The translations under genes were made by a program, and so were the position numbers. The notes below the pieces were generated by a model. It did not search any database. It had not been told where the DNA came from and saw only the letters and a program-made list of their open reading frames with translations. 64,000 nucleotides of DNA, from positions 26,575 to 90,574 of the forward strand of contig JANLTX010000011.1 of assembly GCA_031363095.1 (NCBI GenBank), in the 5' to 3' direction. Below are positions 63,599-64,000 of this stretch, piece after piece. Numbering within the stretch: the first letter of the stretch is position 1; every line of letters starts with the position of its first letter. The DNA comes from Armatimonadota bacterium (GTDB taxonomy: Bacteria > Armatimonadota > Armatimonadia > Armatimonadales > Armatimonadaceae).

Positions 63599-64000
63599 TG
63601 AAGCTGCCTCTGTGTCAGTTCGCTGTCCATGTCCTGGATTCTCCAGCGTGCCTTGCGCGAGACCTGATCTTTCCAGATCACCCGGCTCTTGATCGAGACT
63701 CCCTTGATCGTCCCGACGACCCGCCAGGGCCTGGTGATGTCGCGGCCCGGCATGAACTTCGTCACGTCGGTTGCGACGAACTTCCAGTCGGTCACCCCGC
63801 TGGGCATGTGGTTCTGCTGGGTCGTCGGCACATTGGGCAGCTCCAGCTCGGTCCCCAGGGTGAACTGCGCCGCCGGAGTCCGCACCAGGCTTCCCGTGCC
63901 GTCTGTGTATTCGAAGACTGCCGTGGCCGATTTGTTCAGTTCGCAGTCATTAAAGATCAGATACTCGACTCCCGACTGGGTGAGGTAGCTGAAGTTGCCC
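63595..64000 (-). CDS. C-terminal part of an upstream gene of the same operon (5' end outside the window), function unknown
   Basis: The reading frame of ORF 63595..63885 stays open to nt 64000 in my translation (GNFSYLTQSGVEYLIFNDCELNKSATAVFEYTDGTGSLVRTPAAQF...). Its stop overlaps the next gene start. Confidence 0.6.
   Translation of the reverse strand, partial: GNFSYLTQSGVEYLIFNDCELNKSATAVFEYTDGTGSLVRTPAAQFTLGTELELPNVPTTQQNHMPSGVTDWKFVATDVTKFMPGRDITRPWRVVGTIKGVSIKSRVIWKDQVSRKARWRIQDMDSELTQRQLQ

Noticed and set aside
1-64000. Scan for rRNA, tRNA, tmRNA, IS transposases and CRISPR arrays.
   Set aside because: I recognised no cloverleaf-like or rRNA-like conserved segments, no transposase motifs (DDE or IS-type) and no repeat-spacer arrays. 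The intergenic space is small apart from the elements listed.

Overview
High-GC bacterial chromosomal segment (roughly 60-65% GC by eye, with sharp AT-rich patches). No rRNA, tRNA, CRISPR array or recognisable transposase was found. The gene content suggests a PVC- or Armatimonadota-like organism: TAT-signal Gfo/Idh/MocA oxidoreductases, a DUF1592/DUF1552 pair, a GH78 rhamnosidase, a Uma2 endonuclease and prepilin-type proteins. I cannot assign taxonomy from sequence alone.

Layout:
- 1-14.3 kb: mixed-strand housekeeping and carbohydrate genes (ApbE, FGE-like, two TAT-exported sugar enzymes, an esterase, DUF1592+DUF1552, two methyltransferases, a rhamnosidase, DinB).
- 14.3-18.3 kb: a small accessory islet (tyrosine recombinase, VapBC-like pair, RHH protein-HNH endonuclease-atypical kinase operon).
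- 18.3-24.5 kb: oxidoreductases, MoxR, a redoxin/cytochrome-c/Cu-monooxygenase-like fusion and ilvE.
- 24.5-64 kb: an almost unbroken, tightly coupled minus-strand array. Reading 5' to 3' on the minus strand: partial pilin-like ORF, 709-aa prepilin-type protein, ~1070-aa PilX_N-like protein, 1675-aa secreted protein, ~3270-aa secreted protein, pilM-N-O-P, PilQ N-terminal paralog, pilQ, terminator, aroK-aroB, degenerate PASTA kinase, rpe, small membrane protein, two AAA/STAND-like ATPases (one with TPRs), ribD-ribE, Uma2, ribBA, CBS protein.

Most interesting:
1. A ~20.6 kb block of greatly enlarged minor-pilin/PilY1-like genes lies directly upstream of pilMNOPQ.
2. Glycine-rich GGGFGG/GGYGG low-complexity modules are attached to PilN, PilO, PilP, a truncated PilQ paralog and PilQ itself.

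Function calls come from motif recognition by eye. No searches were run. Coordinates of small elements are +/- 2 nt.
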